Assembly (NCBI GenBank): GCA_021741205.1
Contig: JAIOYI010000013.1
Span: 1,773 to 65,772, forward strand
Origin: Emcibacter sp.
GTDB taxonomy: Bacteria; Pseudomonadota; Alphaproteobacteria; Sphingomonadales; Emcibacteraceae
Direction of reading: 5' to 3'
DNA length: 64,000 nucleotides
In this document: one piece after another, positions 44,589 to 54,222 of the stretch
Numbering within the stretch: the stretch's first letter is position 1
Layout of the letters: each line of letters begins with the position of its first letter
Notes under the pieces: generated by a model
Database searches by the model: none
What the model saw: the letters and a program-made list of their open reading frames with translations, nothing else
Told to the model about the DNA's origin: nothing
Translations under genes and position numbers: made by a program

Positions 44589-47500
44589 CCCCATTAAATC
44601 AATTTATAGAGGCCGTAGCCCCGCTGCAGATCGCCAATGCACCTGAGGGAATTGACGCCCTTTTTGTGGCCGATATCTTATCTTGCGATGTCAAGGTTAT
44701 GCTTCATATTGCCCTTGATGATCACCGCATGAGTAATATGGCGGATTTAATCTCTTTTTTTGCACCAGATATAGAAATTATCACCTTTCCAGCATGGGAC
44801 TGTTTGCCCTATGATAGGGTTTCTCCCAATCCCGATATAAGCGCACAGCGCATGACCGCCCTATGTAGGCTTGCCTCAAACTTTGATCCCCTGAAGAGAT
44901 ATCTTGTGGTCACCACCATCAGTGCCATAACCCAAATGATCCCAGAACAAAGCATGTTAAAGAATTTGTCCTTTTTCTTGAAAATCGGTGATCAGGTGAA
45001 TATGGATAAACTCACCGCATATCTCAGCCGTAACGGATATGCAAGGTCAAGCACTGTCATGGAACATGGCGACTTTGCCATTCGGGGAAGCCTCATTGAT
45101 ATTTTTCCTTCTGGTCAAGATATGCCCGTTCGCATTGATCTTTGGGGGGATACCATTGACGTTATGCGCCTCTTTGACCCCATAAGCCAACGAACAGCGG
45201 AAAATATTGATCAGATATCTCTTGTTCCCATGAGCGAGGTTATTCTTGATGATGAAAGTATTCGCCGTTTTCGGGGGGCATATGTGCGTGAATTTGGCAC
45301 CGTTATTCATCAGGATCCGCTTTATGAAGCCATAAAAGAGGGTCGGAAACATCAGGGTATGGAACATTGGCTACCCTATTTCCATTTTAAGCTGGAGACT
45401 CTGTTTGATTATTTGCCTGACTGTCCTGTGACCATGGATCATCTGACAAATGAGGCTTTTTCAGATCGTCTAAAATCTATACAGGATTATTATCACGCTC
45501 GAAATGAAGCTTATAAACAGTCCTCTAAGGCAAGTCAAAAAAGTCTAGCCCAAATCTCATCACCCTATAAGCCTCTTCCTCCTGAGAAACTCTATCTTTC
45601 TGAAAAACAGTGGCAAAAGTGGTGCGAGCGCAGAAAAATTCACCAATTTATTCATTTTAATGCCCCGCCCATGATCGATCACCTTGATCTTCATGGTAAG
45701 GTTGGACGAAACTTTGCCGCCTCACAGACCAACGACAAGAAAGACCAAAAACTTAACGTCTATGATGTGTTAAGGGATCATTGTTTTGCCCTTCAAAAAT
45801 CCAGAAAAAAAGTCTTTATAGCTTCATATAGTGCAGGCTCCCAAAACAGACTTGCGATTTTGCTCAACGAACATGGTATGACGTCCCATAAAGAAATCAA
45901 TTGTTGGACGGATCATAAAACATTAGCCCATGACACTATTGGTCTTATTATACTGCCCCTTGAACATGGTTTTGAATTTGAAAATTTCGCCGTCATAACA
46001 GAACAGGATATTCTAGGTGACCGCCTTGTTCGTAAGATACGCAAATCCCGTAAAGCTGAAAATTTTATCGAAGAAGCCTCTGCCCTAACACCTGGGGATC
46101 TTGTGGTTCATATGGATCACGGGATTGGACGTTATGAAGGACTGCTCACCATTGATGTGAATGGTGCCGCCCATGATTGCGTCCATTTAACCTATCAAGG
46201 CGGTGATAAGCTTTATGTGCCTGTGGAAAATATTGAAATATTAAGCCGCTATGGCTCCGAGGGTAGCGATGGCCAGTTGGATAAACTTGGTGGTGTAGCG
46301 TGGCAAGGCCGCAAAGCCCGTCTAAAACAGCGCATTCGGGAAATGGCCGATGAGCTGATTAAGGTTGCCGCAAGGCGTGCATTGCGCAAAGGCGCCATCA
46401 TCAATCCACCAGAAGGATTATACGATGAATTTTGCGCCCGTTTTCCCTATACGGAAAGTGATGATCAGTTGCGTTCCATCGCTGACGTGATCACTGATCT
46501 TGGCAGCGGCAGACCCATGGATCGACTAATCTGTGGTGATGTGGGGTTTGGCAAGACGGAGGTGGCGCTGCGCACAGCCTTTCTTGGCGTAATGGACGGC
46601 TTTCAAGTGGCCGTCATCGCCCCCACGACCCTTCTCGCCCGCCAGCATTACAAGACATTTGTTGATCGTTTCAAGGGGCTTCCTGTAAAAATTGGTCATC
46701 TGTCAAGACTGGTACCTGCAAAAGAACAAAAACTAACCCGAGAGGCGATGGCAGGCGGCACATGCGAAATTGTGATCGGCACCCATGCCTTGCTCGGTAA
46801 AAATATCAGCTTTAAAAATCTTGGCCTGATTATTATTGATGAGGAACAGCATTTTGGCGTGGTTCACAAGGAACGCTTAAAGCAGATGAAACATGACGTG
46901 CATGTTTTAACGCTGACCGCAACCCCTATTCCACGCACACTTCAAATGGCCATCAGTGGTATGAGGGGTCTTAGCTTGATTGCAACACCGCCCATCGATC
47001 GCTTGGCGGTTCGTACCTTTGTCTTGCCTATGGACAATCTGGTGATCAGGGAAGCCTTAATGCGGGAACATTACCGAGGCGGGCAAAGTTTCTATGTCTG
47101 CCCAAGGGTATCTGACCTAAAGGAAATAGAGGAATTCCTATCGGAATATATTCCAGAGATTAAATGCGTGATTGCCCATGGTCAAATGGCACCAAGTCAA
47201 ATAGAAGACATCATGAATGCCTATTATGATGGTAAATACGATGTTCTGATTTCAACCACCATCATAGAATCAGGGTTGGATATTCCAACTGCCAATACCA
47301 TGATTATCCATAGGGCGGATATGTTTGGTCTCGCACAACTTTATCAATTAAGGGGGCGTGTAGGACGATCGAAGGTACGTGCCTATGCATATCTTACTCT
47401 CCCCCCCAACAGAACACCCACCGTACAGGCAGAAAAACGACTTCATGTCTTGCAAACTTTGGATACATTGGGGGCAGGCTTTACCCTTGCCAGTCATGAT

Positions 47501-48100
47501 CTTGATATTAGAGGGGCGGGAAATTTACTTGGTGAGGAACAGTCAGGTCATATCAAAGAAGTCGGCATGGAACTTTACCAGCATATGCTTGAAGAGGCCG
47601 TTGCAGAGGCACGTTCTGGTATTACGGATGATGATATTAAAGGGATATGGTCGCCGCAAATCAGTGTAGGGGTCACAGTGCTCATACCGGAAGGATATGT
47701 GCCTGACCTTAATTTACGCATGTCGCTCTACAGGCGCCTTGCTGATCTTAACAGTCGGCAGGAAATTGATGCCTTTGGTGCAGAACTTATTGACCGCTTT
47801 GGTGATTTGCCAGAAGAAGTCGATCATCTTCTTAAAATTATCCTGATTAAGCATTTTTGCCGCCTTGCTGGCATTGAAAAAATTGAGGCTGGAGCCAAGG
47901 GTGCCATTGTCACATTCCGAAACTCAAAATTTTCTAATCCCGCGGGCCTGATTGAATTTATCACGACCCAATCAACAGTTACAAAGCTCCGCTCTGATCA
48001 TAAGCTCGTTTATCTGCGCACCTGGCCAAAAGTAGAAAATCGCCTGCAAGGCTCTTTGAATTTGGCTCATGCCCTTGCCAAGGTATCACAACATAAATGA
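44585..48100 (+). CDS. mfd: transcription-repair coupling factor
   Basis: 1171 aa. UvrB-homology N-terminus, CarD-like RID (GDLVVHMDHGIGRY), helicase motifs GDVGFGKTEVA and DEEQHFGV, TRG motif. Confidence 0.95.
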   Translation: MTPLNQFIEAVAPLQIANAPEGIDALFVADILSCDVKVMLHIALDDHRMSNMADLISFFAPDIEIITFPAWDCLPYDRVSPNPDISAQRMTALCRLASNFDPLKRYLVVTTISAITQMIPEQSMLKNLSFFLKIGDQVNMDKLTAYLSRNGYARSSTVMEHGDFAIRGSLIDIFPSGQDMPVRIDLWGDTIDVMRLFDPISQRTAENIDQISLVPMSEVILDDESIRRFRGAYVREFGTVIHQDPLYEAIKEGRKHQGMEHWLPYFHFKLETLFDYLPDCPVTMDHLTNEAFSDRLKSIQDYYHARNEAYKQSSKASQKSLAQISSPYKPLPPEKLYLSEKQWQKWCERRKIHQFIHFNAPPMIDHLDLHGKVGRNFAASQTNDKKDQKLNVYDVLRDHCFALQKSRKKVFIASYSAGSQNRLAILLNEHGMTSHKEINCWTDHKTLAHDTIGLIILPLEHGFEFENFAVITEQDILGDRLVRKIRKSRKAENFIEEASALTPGDLVVHMDHGIGRYEGLLTIDVNGAAHDCVHLTYQGGDKLYVPVENIEILSRYGSEGSDGQLDKLGGVAWQGRKARLKQRIREMADELIKVAARRALRKGAIINPPEGLYDEFCARFPYTESDDQLRSIADVITDLGSGRPMDRLICGDVGFGKTEVALRTAFLGVMDGFQVAVIAPTTLLARQHYKTFVDRFKGLPVKIGHLSRLVPAKEQKLTREAMAGGTCEIVIGTHALLGKNISFKNLGLIIIDEEQHFGVVHKERLKQMKHDVHVLTLTATPIPRTLQMAISGMRGLSLIATPPIDRLAVRTFVLPMDNLVIREALMREHYRGGQSFYVCPRVSDLKEIEEFLSEYIPEIKCVIAHGQMAPSQIEDIMNAYYDGKYDVLISTTIIESGLDIPTANTMIIHRADMFGLAQLYQLRGRVGRSKVRAYAYLTLPPNRTPTVQAEKRLHVLQTLDTLGAGFTLASHDLDIRGAGNLLGEEQSGHIKEVGMELYQHMLEEAVAEARSGITDDDIKGIWSPQISVGVTVLIPEGYVPDLNLRMSLYRRLADLNSRQEIDAFGAELIDRFGDLPEEVDHLLKIILIKHFCRLAGIEKIEAGAKGAIVTFRNSKFSNPAGLIEFITTQSTVTKLRSDHKLVYLRTWPKVENRLQGSLNLAHALAKVSQHK

Positions 48101-48197
48101 TGATTAGATAGCCAAAAGCTTTATTCATTGTTAAGACAATATTATAATTCATTGGGTATATTTGATAAGAATCAGGCAAAGTTATTGAAAAAATAAT

Positions 48198-48572
48198 ATG
48201 TTTAAAGCCATACAAACAAGTATTTCGGGATTAGTTGCTTCTACGGTGCGGGCAAATACCGCCGCCAGTAATATTGTTCATTCAACCGTTAAATCATCAC
48301 CCTTTAATGCGGGCTATACCCCGCAGCATGTGGAACAATCTACTACGGCAAATGGCGGCGTTCGTGCCAATGTTATTCCCGTGTCCCCCACAAGCCTTTC
48401 TGTATATGATCCCACGTCTCCTTTTGCAAATGGTGGTGGAAATGTTGACATACCAAATATTTCTTTGCCAGCCGAGATTGGGGAACTTACTAAGGCGAGC
48501 AATGCCTATAAGGCTAATGCAAAAGTTCTAAAATCCTTAGACGATACCTTCAAAACGCTCCTTAAAATTTAA
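48198..48572 (+). CDS. FlgC-like flagellar basal-body rod family protein (orphan in this window)
   Basis: 124 aa. N-terminal ISGLVASTVRANTAASNIVH (FlgC consensus: SGL.A...R....A.NiAN), central Y.PQHV...GGV.A.V....YDP..P.A...G.V..PN, C-terminal E...L..A...YKANAKV. Weak RBS. Confidence 0.55.
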   Translation: MFKAIQTSISGLVASTVRANTAASNIVHSTVKSSPFNAGYTPQHVEQSTTANGGVRANVIPVSPTSLSVYDPTSPFANGGGNVDIPNISLPAEIGELTKASNAYKANAKVLKSLDDTFKTLLKI

Positions 48573-48785
48573 ATAAAGCCTATGTTAGTCAATATTAAAT
48601 TTTTTTAAACTATTTAATATTATATTTTGCTAATATACATGTATATATGTCATTATAAATAAGAATCTCTTAATATAAATAATAGGTTACAAGAAAATAA
48701 GTAAATTTATTCTGCTTGCAAAGTGGTAAATAAGAGCATAACATCATGATTCATTACGCTAAAATAGGAGTATCAACAGGTTGTT

Positions 48786-49901
48786 ATGTCAGTAAATAAT
48801 AAACCCATAAATGAAGAGGTCGTACATCTTCTTGAGATAGCGAATACCAAAGGGGAAACTGGCCGTGGAGAATTATTTGGTACAATCACGAATTTTTTAG
48901 AAAGACGTCACGGCGAACTTTCACAAATTCAACTCTCTCTCATGTCCGATATTTTGGAGAAACTGATCCATAATGTTGAAATTGATATTCGAAAAAAAAT
49001 GGCAAATAAACTTTCTGACAAGTTAGATGCCCCACTTGACCTTATCATTCTTTTGGCTAATGATAATATAGATGTCTCCCTTCCTATATTAACCTTCAGC
49101 AGATTATTATCAGATGAAGAACTTATCAAAATAATTCACCATAAAACAGTTCAACATCAACTTGGTATTGCCAGCCGTAAACAACTATCTTCCCATGTTT
49201 GCCGTGAACTTATTTCAGTTGGAACGACCAAGACATTGATCATGTTATTAAATAATTATGATGCCCATATTGACCCTCAATCTCTTGCTATTTTAGCAGA
49301 AAAATCAAAAAATAACATCCCGATACAGGCTCCCCTTATTGAACGACCGGACTTGCCCAAGGTCTTGGCTGCAAAAATATATCAATGGGTCTCTGATGGT
49401 CTAAAAGAATCTATTTTAGCTAATTTCAAATTAAATGAAGATGAAATTGCAAATCTTTTAGAATCCACCGTTTCAGAAATTCATTCAGAAAATATGAGCA
49501 AAGAGACGCAAGAAAAGTCTGAGGCCGTACTTGTTAATAAATTATATGATGCGGGTAATTTAAAGCCGTCTTTCCTTATGAAATGCCTTTATCAAGGACA
49601 ATCGTCTCTGTTTGAAATTGCCTTTTCAAAAATGACTAAAGTGCCAAGAAATATAATGAGGGCTTTCCTTTATGATCGAGGCTCAGAATCCTTAGCGGTT
49701 TCTTGTTGTGCGGCGGGCATTGATAGAAGCGTATTTCTGACAATTTATGAACTCACCCGCAAGGCTCAGAATAAAGACCCTAATCTTTCTAAAAATGAAA
49801 TTGAGGCTGCTTTGGAATATTTCAATAAATATGATAAAAAACGCGCAATGATGACTATTCAGAAATGGGTTGCAGAAGCCACGCACACCACTGTATTCTA
49901 G
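48786..49901 (+). CDS. DUF2336-like helical-repeat protein (paralogue 1)
   Basis: 371 aa. Clearly paralogous to 52483-53613 (shared pattern L..D.L.KL....E..I+K.+...L.D...aP..L...LAND.IDV..P.L......L.DE.LI.I....T..H...IA.R......V..EL). Family name from memory. Confidence 0.55.
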   Translation: MSVNNKPINEEVVHLLEIANTKGETGRGELFGTITNFLERRHGELSQIQLSLMSDILEKLIHNVEIDIRKKMANKLSDKLDAPLDLIILLANDNIDVSLPILTFSRLLSDEELIKIIHHKTVQHQLGIASRKQLSSHVCRELISVGTTKTLIMLLNNYDAHIDPQSLAILAEKSKNNIPIQAPLIERPDLPKVLAAKIYQWVSDGLKESILANFKLNEDEIANLLESTVSEIHSENMSKETQEKSEAVLVNKLYDAGNLKPSFLMKCLYQGQSSLFEIAFSKMTKVPRNIMRAFLYDRGSESLAVSCCAAGIDRSVFLTIYELTRKAQNKDPNLSKNEIEAALEYFNKYDKKRAMMTIQKWVAEATHTTVF

Positions 49902-49967
49902 GATATAAGTTCACAGCCAACTTTATAAAACTGTCGAATTTAATCAGCAAGGAATATTCAAATAGTC

Positions 49968-50741
49968 ATGGCAGAAAATAACAAAAAAATTGCCCTTGTC
50001 GCCTCCGATACAGATGTTGCACAAGATGCTGCACGTAACCTTGAACAATGCTATAATTTTGTCCCCATAGATGAAGCAGATATAATAATAGCTCTTGGCG
50101 GTGATGGATTTATTCTGCATTTAATTCATGAAATTATGCCCCATAAAGCTTCTATTTTTGGTATGAACAGGGGCACAGTAGGTTTTTTGCTCAATGAATT
50201 CAAGACAGAGGGACTTATTCAACGTATCAATAATGCAGACTCTATTGCGCTACATCCCTTACGAATGACAGCCCATACCGACAATGGCCAGAAAATAGAG
50301 GCCCTTGCCATTAACGAGGTATCACTCCTTCGGCAAACGCGGCAAACGGCTAAAATTAAAATTCTTATTGACCATAAAGTTAGAATGGAAGAGTTGGTCT
50401 GTGATGGTATATTGCTTTCTACTGCCGCGGGCAGTACGGCGTATAATCTTTCTGCCCATGGCCCAATCATTCCCATTAAGGCAGAAATTATGGCCTTAAC
50501 GCCCATCAGTGCATTCCGCCCAAGACGTTGGAGGGGTGCTCTTTTGCCTCAAAATTCAAATGTTACTTTTGAAATAATTGATCCTAAAAAACGCCCTGTA
50601 AGTGCAGTCGCTGATACTACAGAGGTACGAAATATTACAAAAGTAGATATTAAACAAGACAGATCAATCAAAATAAACCTGCTCTTTGATGGCGATCATA
50701 CCCTAGAAGAGAGAACACTCAATGAGCAATTTATCTATTAA
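49968..50741 (+). CDS. nadK: NAD kinase
   Basis: 257 aa. GGDGFIL motif, [27 protein letters not shown]. Confidence 0.85.
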   Translation: MAENNKKIALVASDTDVAQDAARNLEQCYNFVPIDEADIIIALGGDGFILHLIHEIMPHKASIFGMNRGTVGFLLNEFKTEGLIQRINNADSIALHPLRMTAHTDNGQKIEALAINEVSLLRQTRQTAKIKILIDHKVRMEELVCDGILLSTAAGSTAYNLSAHGPIIPIKAEIMALTPISAFRPRRWRGALLPQNSNVTFEIIDPKKRPVSAVADTTEVRNITKVDIKQDRSIKINLLFDGDHTLEERTLNEQFIY

Positions 50742-50773
50742 AATGCAAGTCACAAACAAACATAAGTACTAAA

Positions 50774-52480
50774 TTATTTTGCCAAATTTAGGGTTACGGT
50801 AAATTCTGAACCTTCGTTAAGAATACTCTTCAAGGAAATACCTCCTCCCATTTGATGGGCAAGATGTTGGGAAATATGCAGCCCCAAACCTGTGCCCTCT
50901 TCTTTACGGGAATAAATATTGTTTGTCGCCTGATGAAATTTTTCAAAAACGAGTTTCTGTTGGTCTTCCGTGATACCAATACCCGTATCCCAAACCGTTA
51001 TGTCCACCGTAGAATTATTGTTTTCTATGACCCTAATACCTATTTTACCGTAATCCGGGGTAAATTTAATAGCATTACTGAGTAAATTCACAAAGATCTG
51101 GATGGCTCGTCTTTCATCAACGGAAATATAATAATCTTTTTCTATACAAACCTGGCTAATGTCCAAATGCTTCTGAGTGGCCCTTAAAGAAATAAAATTT
51201 GATGCTTTTTCAATAATTTCTTTTAAGGAATATTCTTCAAGATTAAGATTAAGTTTGCCGTTTTCTAGAACCGCCACATCAAGAACATCATTGATAAGAT
51301 CCAAAAGATGCTTACCTGCCGTCATAATATCGTGACTGTAAGAAACATATTGTTTATTAAGTTCGCCAAATACTTCCATTTTCATGGCCTCTGCAAAACC
51401 AATAATGGCATTAAGAGGTGTTCTGAGTTCATGGCTCATGGCTGCAAGAAACTCACTTTTAGCCCCAAGTGCCGCCTCTGATTGAGCCGATGCTATATCC
51501 AGCTGGATATTCTTATTGGTCAGTTCTTCTAAGGTATTTTCCAACGATTTTTGAACGGCAATTTTTTCCTTATAGGTTTTATAATTGATCGTAACGTCCA
51601 TTCCGGCACCACGATATCCCATAAATTCGCCTGTCAGAGAATCAAAAACGGGAACACCGCTTAAATGCATATAAACCATATCGCCTTCAAGGTTATGCAT
51701 CAAAAACAACTTATCCCTAAAGGGTTTCATGCTGCCTAAGAAATTCTCACAATAAATTGTTCGGCCATCAAGTTCTGCTTTTAATTCTCCAAAATCCTCG
51801 AAACGCTTCCCCTTCATAAGTATTCCAGGCTTGCCAGTAATTGACATCAGACGATCAGACACATAAACTATATTAAAGTCACGATCAATTTCCCAGTACC
51901 AATCCGATGTTGCGCGGGCAAAATCTCGAAATCGCTGCTGCATCAAATTTTCTTTGCCCAGTGTTTCTATTTTATCCGTACAATCAACATAGGTTCCACC
52001 AACAGCGATTACACATCCCCCATCATCACAGATTGGAAAATGTCGTGAGCGATATTGCCGAGGTTTTCCCTGTAACTTTATTGTCTCCTCAACAGAAACA
52101 TTTTTACGGGTAAGCTGAATTTCACTAAGAATTGCTCTTAAACTTGACGGTAATCTTTCATCATTCATCTGGTCTGCCACAGCATTACCGCTGAATTCAC
52201 AGGTGGACACAAGATTACGATACCCCCTATTCACATAAACCAGTTCACCCGATATTGTAGATATATATAAGGGAACATGCTCATCAAAATTCATGTGAGA
52301 AATTAGTTTATGAATTTTATCAGCAACAGATGGAGGATTATTATGTCGTTCAGTATTGGCATAGGACGAAAGACGCTGAACCAACCCTAGCGGAATAATC
52401 GTCTGATTTTTGAGTAACGGAATAACGTTACCCTCCTCAGGTTCAAGAGCTAAATTATTTTTATCCAAACTAGAAAACAT
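50774..52480 (-). CDS. cytoplasmic PAS-domain sensor histidine kinase
   Basis: H-box FLAAMSHELRTPLNAIIGF, N-box LLSNAIKFT, DTGIGI, G2 GTGLGLHISQHLAHQMGG. Two PAS-like modules upstream and no TM segments. ATG at 52480 (MFSSLDK) preferred, 2 nt after the stop of the upstream DUF2336-like gene. Confidence 0.85.
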   Translation of the reverse strand: MFSSLDKNNLALEPEEGNVIPLLKNQTIIPLGLVQRLSSYANTERHNNPPSVADKIHKLISHMNFDEHVPLYISTISGELVYVNRGYRNLVSTCEFSGNAVADQMNDERLPSSLRAILSEIQLTRKNVSVEETIKLQGKPRQYRSRHFPICDDGGCVIAVGGTYVDCTDKIETLGKENLMQQRFRDFARATSDWYWEIDRDFNIVYVSDRLMSITGKPGILMKGKRFEDFGELKAELDGRTIYCENFLGSMKPFRDKLFLMHNLEGDMVYMHLSGVPVFDSLTGEFMGYRGAGMDVTINYKTYKEKIAVQKSLENTLEELTNKNIQLDIASAQSEAALGAKSEFLAAMSHELRTPLNAIIGFAEAMKMEVFGELNKQYVSYSHDIMTAGKHLLDLINDVLDVAVLENGKLNLNLEEYSLKEIIEKASNFISLRATQKHLDISQVCIEKDYYISVDERRAIQIFVNLLSNAIKFTPDYGKIGIRVIENNNSTVDITVWDTGIGITEDQQKLVFEKFHQATNNIYSRKEEGTGLGLHISQHLAHQMGGGISLKSILNEGSEFTVTLNLAK

Positions 52481-52482
52481 TG

Positions 52483-53613
52483 TTAAACGACGTCCCTCAT
52501 TTCCAGAATTGCATTCTGGTAACCAAAATCCCTTTGCCAATATCTCACGGCGATCTTAGCATTTTTTATCTTAATTTCATCATATAAAGATATAATAGAA
52601 TTGACCAACCCCGTAGCCCTCGCCTTTCCGCCAGAGCGAGATTGAATAATAAGCAGAAAAAGGGATGCAAATCTTTCCCGATCAATATCAAGTGATTTTG
52701 CAATAATAGCAAGGCTTTCGCCCGTTCTCTCTCTTATTGCCCGCCAAATAACATTCACATCCAATCCTGACATCTCGGACAGTCCTGCGACAAATAGATT
52801 TATTTTTTCCTGCCTGAGACAGCGTTGTAAAAACGCAATATTCAAGTCCCCACTATTGGCAAGTTCTTTGACAAGTTTAAAGGCTGTTCTCATAACACCA
52901 TCAAGAGGATCATGGTTTTGAATGGCCGACTTTGTCGCCATCTCAAGGACATCATCAAGAATAACGCTATCCACATTATAATTTAGAATGATCTTACGGC
53001 GCAATGCTGAGGTTACCCACCAATACATGCTATGGACCAGTTCAATTGGTAAGTCTTCCCGATTTAACAAGGGTTCCTGAAAGCGATCAACATTTTTAGA
53101 TTCCGCAACAAGATATTTTATAGAAAGCTCTGAAATTTTAGCATTGTCATTACGGATCAAGGCCTCAACAACATCTTCACTCCCCCTTTCAATCAGTTCA
53201 CTGCTTACCTCTTCACTTACATGAGAACGAATTGCAATAGCCATTCTATGGGCATCAGTGCGGTTACGAACAATCTCGATCAATTGTTCATCCCGCAACA
53301 CCTTACACTGAGACAACATCGGTTCAGCGATATCGATTGAATCATTAGCAAGTTTTGCCGCAAGCTCTGGGGAAATATCCTCAACATCAGCAAGTCTACG
53401 GCTCAATTCTTTTTTTACGGATTTTTCTACTGAATTGACCAATTTAAATAAGACATCATTCATCAAAGCACGTTCATGATCGTTTAAACGTCCTTCAGGA
53501 GACAAAAATAAATCGGATATATTTTCCAATAATGCAGTCCTCGCAGAAACTGACTTTTCTTGGGCCAGAATCAACAAATCCTTGGAGAGTATTTTACTGT
53601 TTAACATCCCCAT
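52483..53613 (-). CDS. DUF2336-like helical-repeat protein (paralogue 2)
   Basis: 376 aa. Paralogous to 48786-49901. Immediately upstream of, and probably co-transcribed with, the PAS histidine kinase. Confidence 0.55.
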   Translation of the reverse strand: MGMLNSKILSKDLLILAQEKSVSARTALLENISDLFLSPEGRLNDHERALMNDVLFKLVNSVEKSVKKELSRRLADVEDISPELAAKLANDSIDIAEPMLSQCKVLRDEQLIEIVRNRTDAHRMAIAIRSHVSEEVSSELIERGSEDVVEALIRNDNAKISELSIKYLVAESKNVDRFQEPLLNREDLPIELVHSMYWWVTSALRRKIILNYNVDSVILDDVLEMATKSAIQNHDPLDGVMRTAFKLVKELANSGDLNIAFLQRCLRQEKINLFVAGLSEMSGLDVNVIWRAIRERTGESLAIIAKSLDIDRERFASLFLLIIQSRSGGKARATGLVNSIISLYDEIKIKNAKIAVRYWQRDFGYQNAILEMRDVV

Positions 53614-53773
53614 GCTTTTTAATTTCCTCTATTTACTTTGTATTTTATGGAATTCTGCCGTTTATATATAGTGTTAACATCACTCTTATAAACTTAGTTT
53701 ATTAACAAAGACTAAAAAACCCATTAATATATGATCAAAAGAGATGGGGTAAACGGGAGTTTTAAGGTTAATA

Positions 53774-53803
53774 CCAAAAGTAAGAGGGCCAAAAGTAAGA
53801 GGG
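53774..53803. repeat. perfect 15-bp tandem duplication
   Basis: ccaaaagtaagaggg occurs twice back to back (53774-53788, 53789-53803) in an intergenic region. Confidence 0.85.
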
Positions 53804-54043
53804 GATGCACTGCGTTCTGTTGGGGGTCAGATCAAGCAGCACATCCCACAATGTGCCGAAGCACAATAGATATATATTACTTTATTTTAAAGAATCAATA
53901 TTTCTCAGTATAAAATAATAAAATAATTTCATTATACATCCAACGATTGATAATCATAACCATAAGTCACAGCCACCAGCAACCACAAGTTTACAAAAAT
54001 AATTTCATCATATAACAATAATGGGATTTCAGAAAAAGGATAG

Positions 54044-54129
54044 TGGTGCGTCTGGCCGGACTTGAACCGGCAAGCCTATACAGGCGGCAGATTTTAAGTC
54101 TGCTGTGTTTACCATTTCACCACAGACGC
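54044..54129 (-). tRNA. tRNA-Leu (anticodon UAA), class II with long variable arm, CCA encoded
   Basis: Reverse complement folds as acceptor GCGTCTG/CAGACGC; D-arm GTG..CAC; anticodon stem GCAGA/TCTGC with loop CTTAAAA; variable arm CGCCTGTATAGGCTT; T-arm GCCGG-TTCAAGT-CCGGC; discriminator A + CCA. 86 nt. Confidence 0.9.
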
Positions 54130-54222
54130 ACATAAATTCCTCGAATTAAGAAATTCGTGATAGGGTATTGCACATTCCCCCCATAAAATAAACACTAAAA
54201 ATCATCCTTTTTTGAATTAATT

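Noticed and set aside
53815-53850. Possible SRP (4.5S) RNA: the string ctgttgggggtcagatcaagcagc resembles the CUGUU...GGUCAG...AGCAGC elements of SRP RNA domain IV.
   Set aside because: The helix-8 apical stem and GNRA tetraloop (GUCC-GGAA-GGA in E. coli) between GGUCAG and AGCAGC are missing. The fold I can draw does not reproduce the symmetric/asymmetric loops. It is kept only as a generic structured-RNA candidate.
53731-53913. 60-aa ORF (MIKRDGVNGSFKVNTKSKRAKSKRG...).
   Set aside because: It has no RBS, is Lys/Arg-rich from an AT-rich sequence, and spans the tandem repeat and hairpins. It is more likely non-coding.
53614-54222. Integrated element or genomic-island boundary at tRNA-Leu. 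tRNA genes are common integration sites, and the flank is AT-rich with a tandem repeat.
   Set aside because: No integrase, excisionase, direct repeat of the tRNA 3' end or phage/plasmid genes appear on either side. The flanking genes are ordinary chromosomal genes.
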